Below, piece by piece: positions 62,960 through 64,000 of a DNA stretch of 64,000 bases. The position numbers and the translations under genes were made by a program. The notes below the pieces were generated by a model. The model ran no database searches. It was given only the letters and a program-made list of their open reading frames with translations, and was not told the origin of the DNA. How positions within the stretch are numbered: the first letter of the stretch is position 1; each line of letters starts with the position of its first letter. The stretch lies in contig NC_086099.1 of NCBI RefSeq assembly GCF_963921235.1, positions 198,834,001 through 198,898,000 on the forward strand. The letters run 5' to 3'. The DNA comes from Mobula hypostoma (Eukaryota).

Positions 62960-64000
62960 GAGCAGCGTGGCTTCAATGCTTGGAAGGTGAGCCTTATCCA
63001 GGATCTTGTTGGAGACACGATCCTGTCATGATGGAGAGGCGGCAGCGCTGATAGAAGCACCTAAGCAACTGGATTTGCTTGTGTTACAAGCCCCGGGCTT
63101 CGGAGCTGTATAGCAGTGTTGTGACGATGGCAGCCCTGTACACCTGGATTTTTGTGGACTCACGCAGCTGGTGGTTCTTCCACACATGTTTCTGGAGGTG
63201 CCTGAAGGCACTGCTGACTCTGGTGAGTCAATTGTCCCTTACTACTGTAGCATCAATTAAGATGAAACTACCCAGGAAGGTGAACTGCTCAACCGTGTTG
63301 AGAGGGTGGTTGCCAATGGTGATCCTTGGTGGGCTGTAAACACCACAAGGGAGGGGACCTGTGATGGAAGATCAGTGATTTCTGCAGACTGACTGTTAAC
63401 CCGAAAACCCTTGCAGCCTTGGCGAACAGAGTGACTGCAGCCTGTCGTGCATCCAGTGTGCATGAGAAGAGCTCAGTCGTCTGCATATAATGGCTTGAGA
63501 ACGGGCTCTTCCATGAATTTTGTTTGGGCGAGAAGGCGGCGGAGGCTGAAGATATTTACGTCAGTGCGGAACCGAATGTAGATGCTCTCCGAGGTGGTCT
63601 CTTTCACCTCTCGTGACATCTTGCTGAAAAAGATAGCAAGGAGCATTGGAGCCAAAACACAGCCTTGTTTCATGCCAATACTGATGGTGAATGGGTCAGA
63701 CAGGTCGCTGATGTGTTTAACCTGACCACATCGACCGCCGCTGCGGGATGGTGAGGAATTTTGGGAGACAACCAGGCCTCAATAAAATCTTACAAAGACC
63801 ATCGCTGCTGACCGTATCAAAGACCTTGGTCAGGTCAATGTATGCCACATGCAGTCCCATGTTCTGTTTATGACTCTTCTCCTCTACTTGGCACAGGACA
63901 AAGATCCTGTTGGATGTGCCTCTGTTCACTCAGATTCCGCTAGTCAGGCCACGTGTCTTGCATGGATAACTCCAAGTTTCTGAAAGCAATACTCTACGGT
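62960..64000 (-). mobile_element. RTE-clade LINE RT fragment
   Basis: AYIDLTKVFDTVS, MKQGCVLAP.L, LYADD, FTFLGS. Confidence 0.85.

Noticed and set aside
824-63929. ORF-track entries as host genes
   Set aside because: They are broken CR1, Rex1, RTE, Penelope or Tc1 frames, antisense shadows or short chance ORFs; none is an intact autonomous element or a recognisable host protein.

Overview
Non-coding vertebrate DNA, most likely from a cartilaginous fish such as a ray. This is inferred from the repeat landscape: CR1 LINEs with partner V-domain SINEs, Rex1/Babar, RTE, Penelope, Tc1 and a Deu-domain SINE. Most of the 64 kb is nested, broken transposable elements, and nearly all ORFs in the track are TE fragments or chance frames. 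I recognise no host protein-coding gene. Main points of interest: (1) a young Penelope family with a minimal hammerhead ribozyme, present in three structural forms, each with its own target-site duplication; (2) a roughly 2 kb ancient Academ-like transposase fossil in apparently unique DNA, plus weaker hAT and Gypsy fossils; (3) a CpG-retaining 1 kb segment with four CACGTG E-boxes, an E'-box, a RORE and an ERR/NR5A site, resembling a clock-controlled element; (4) a 49-bp x ~25.5 minisatellite; (5) weak candidate micro-exons. All family calls come from motif recognition by eye, not database searches, and TE boundaries are approximate unless a TSD is quoted.
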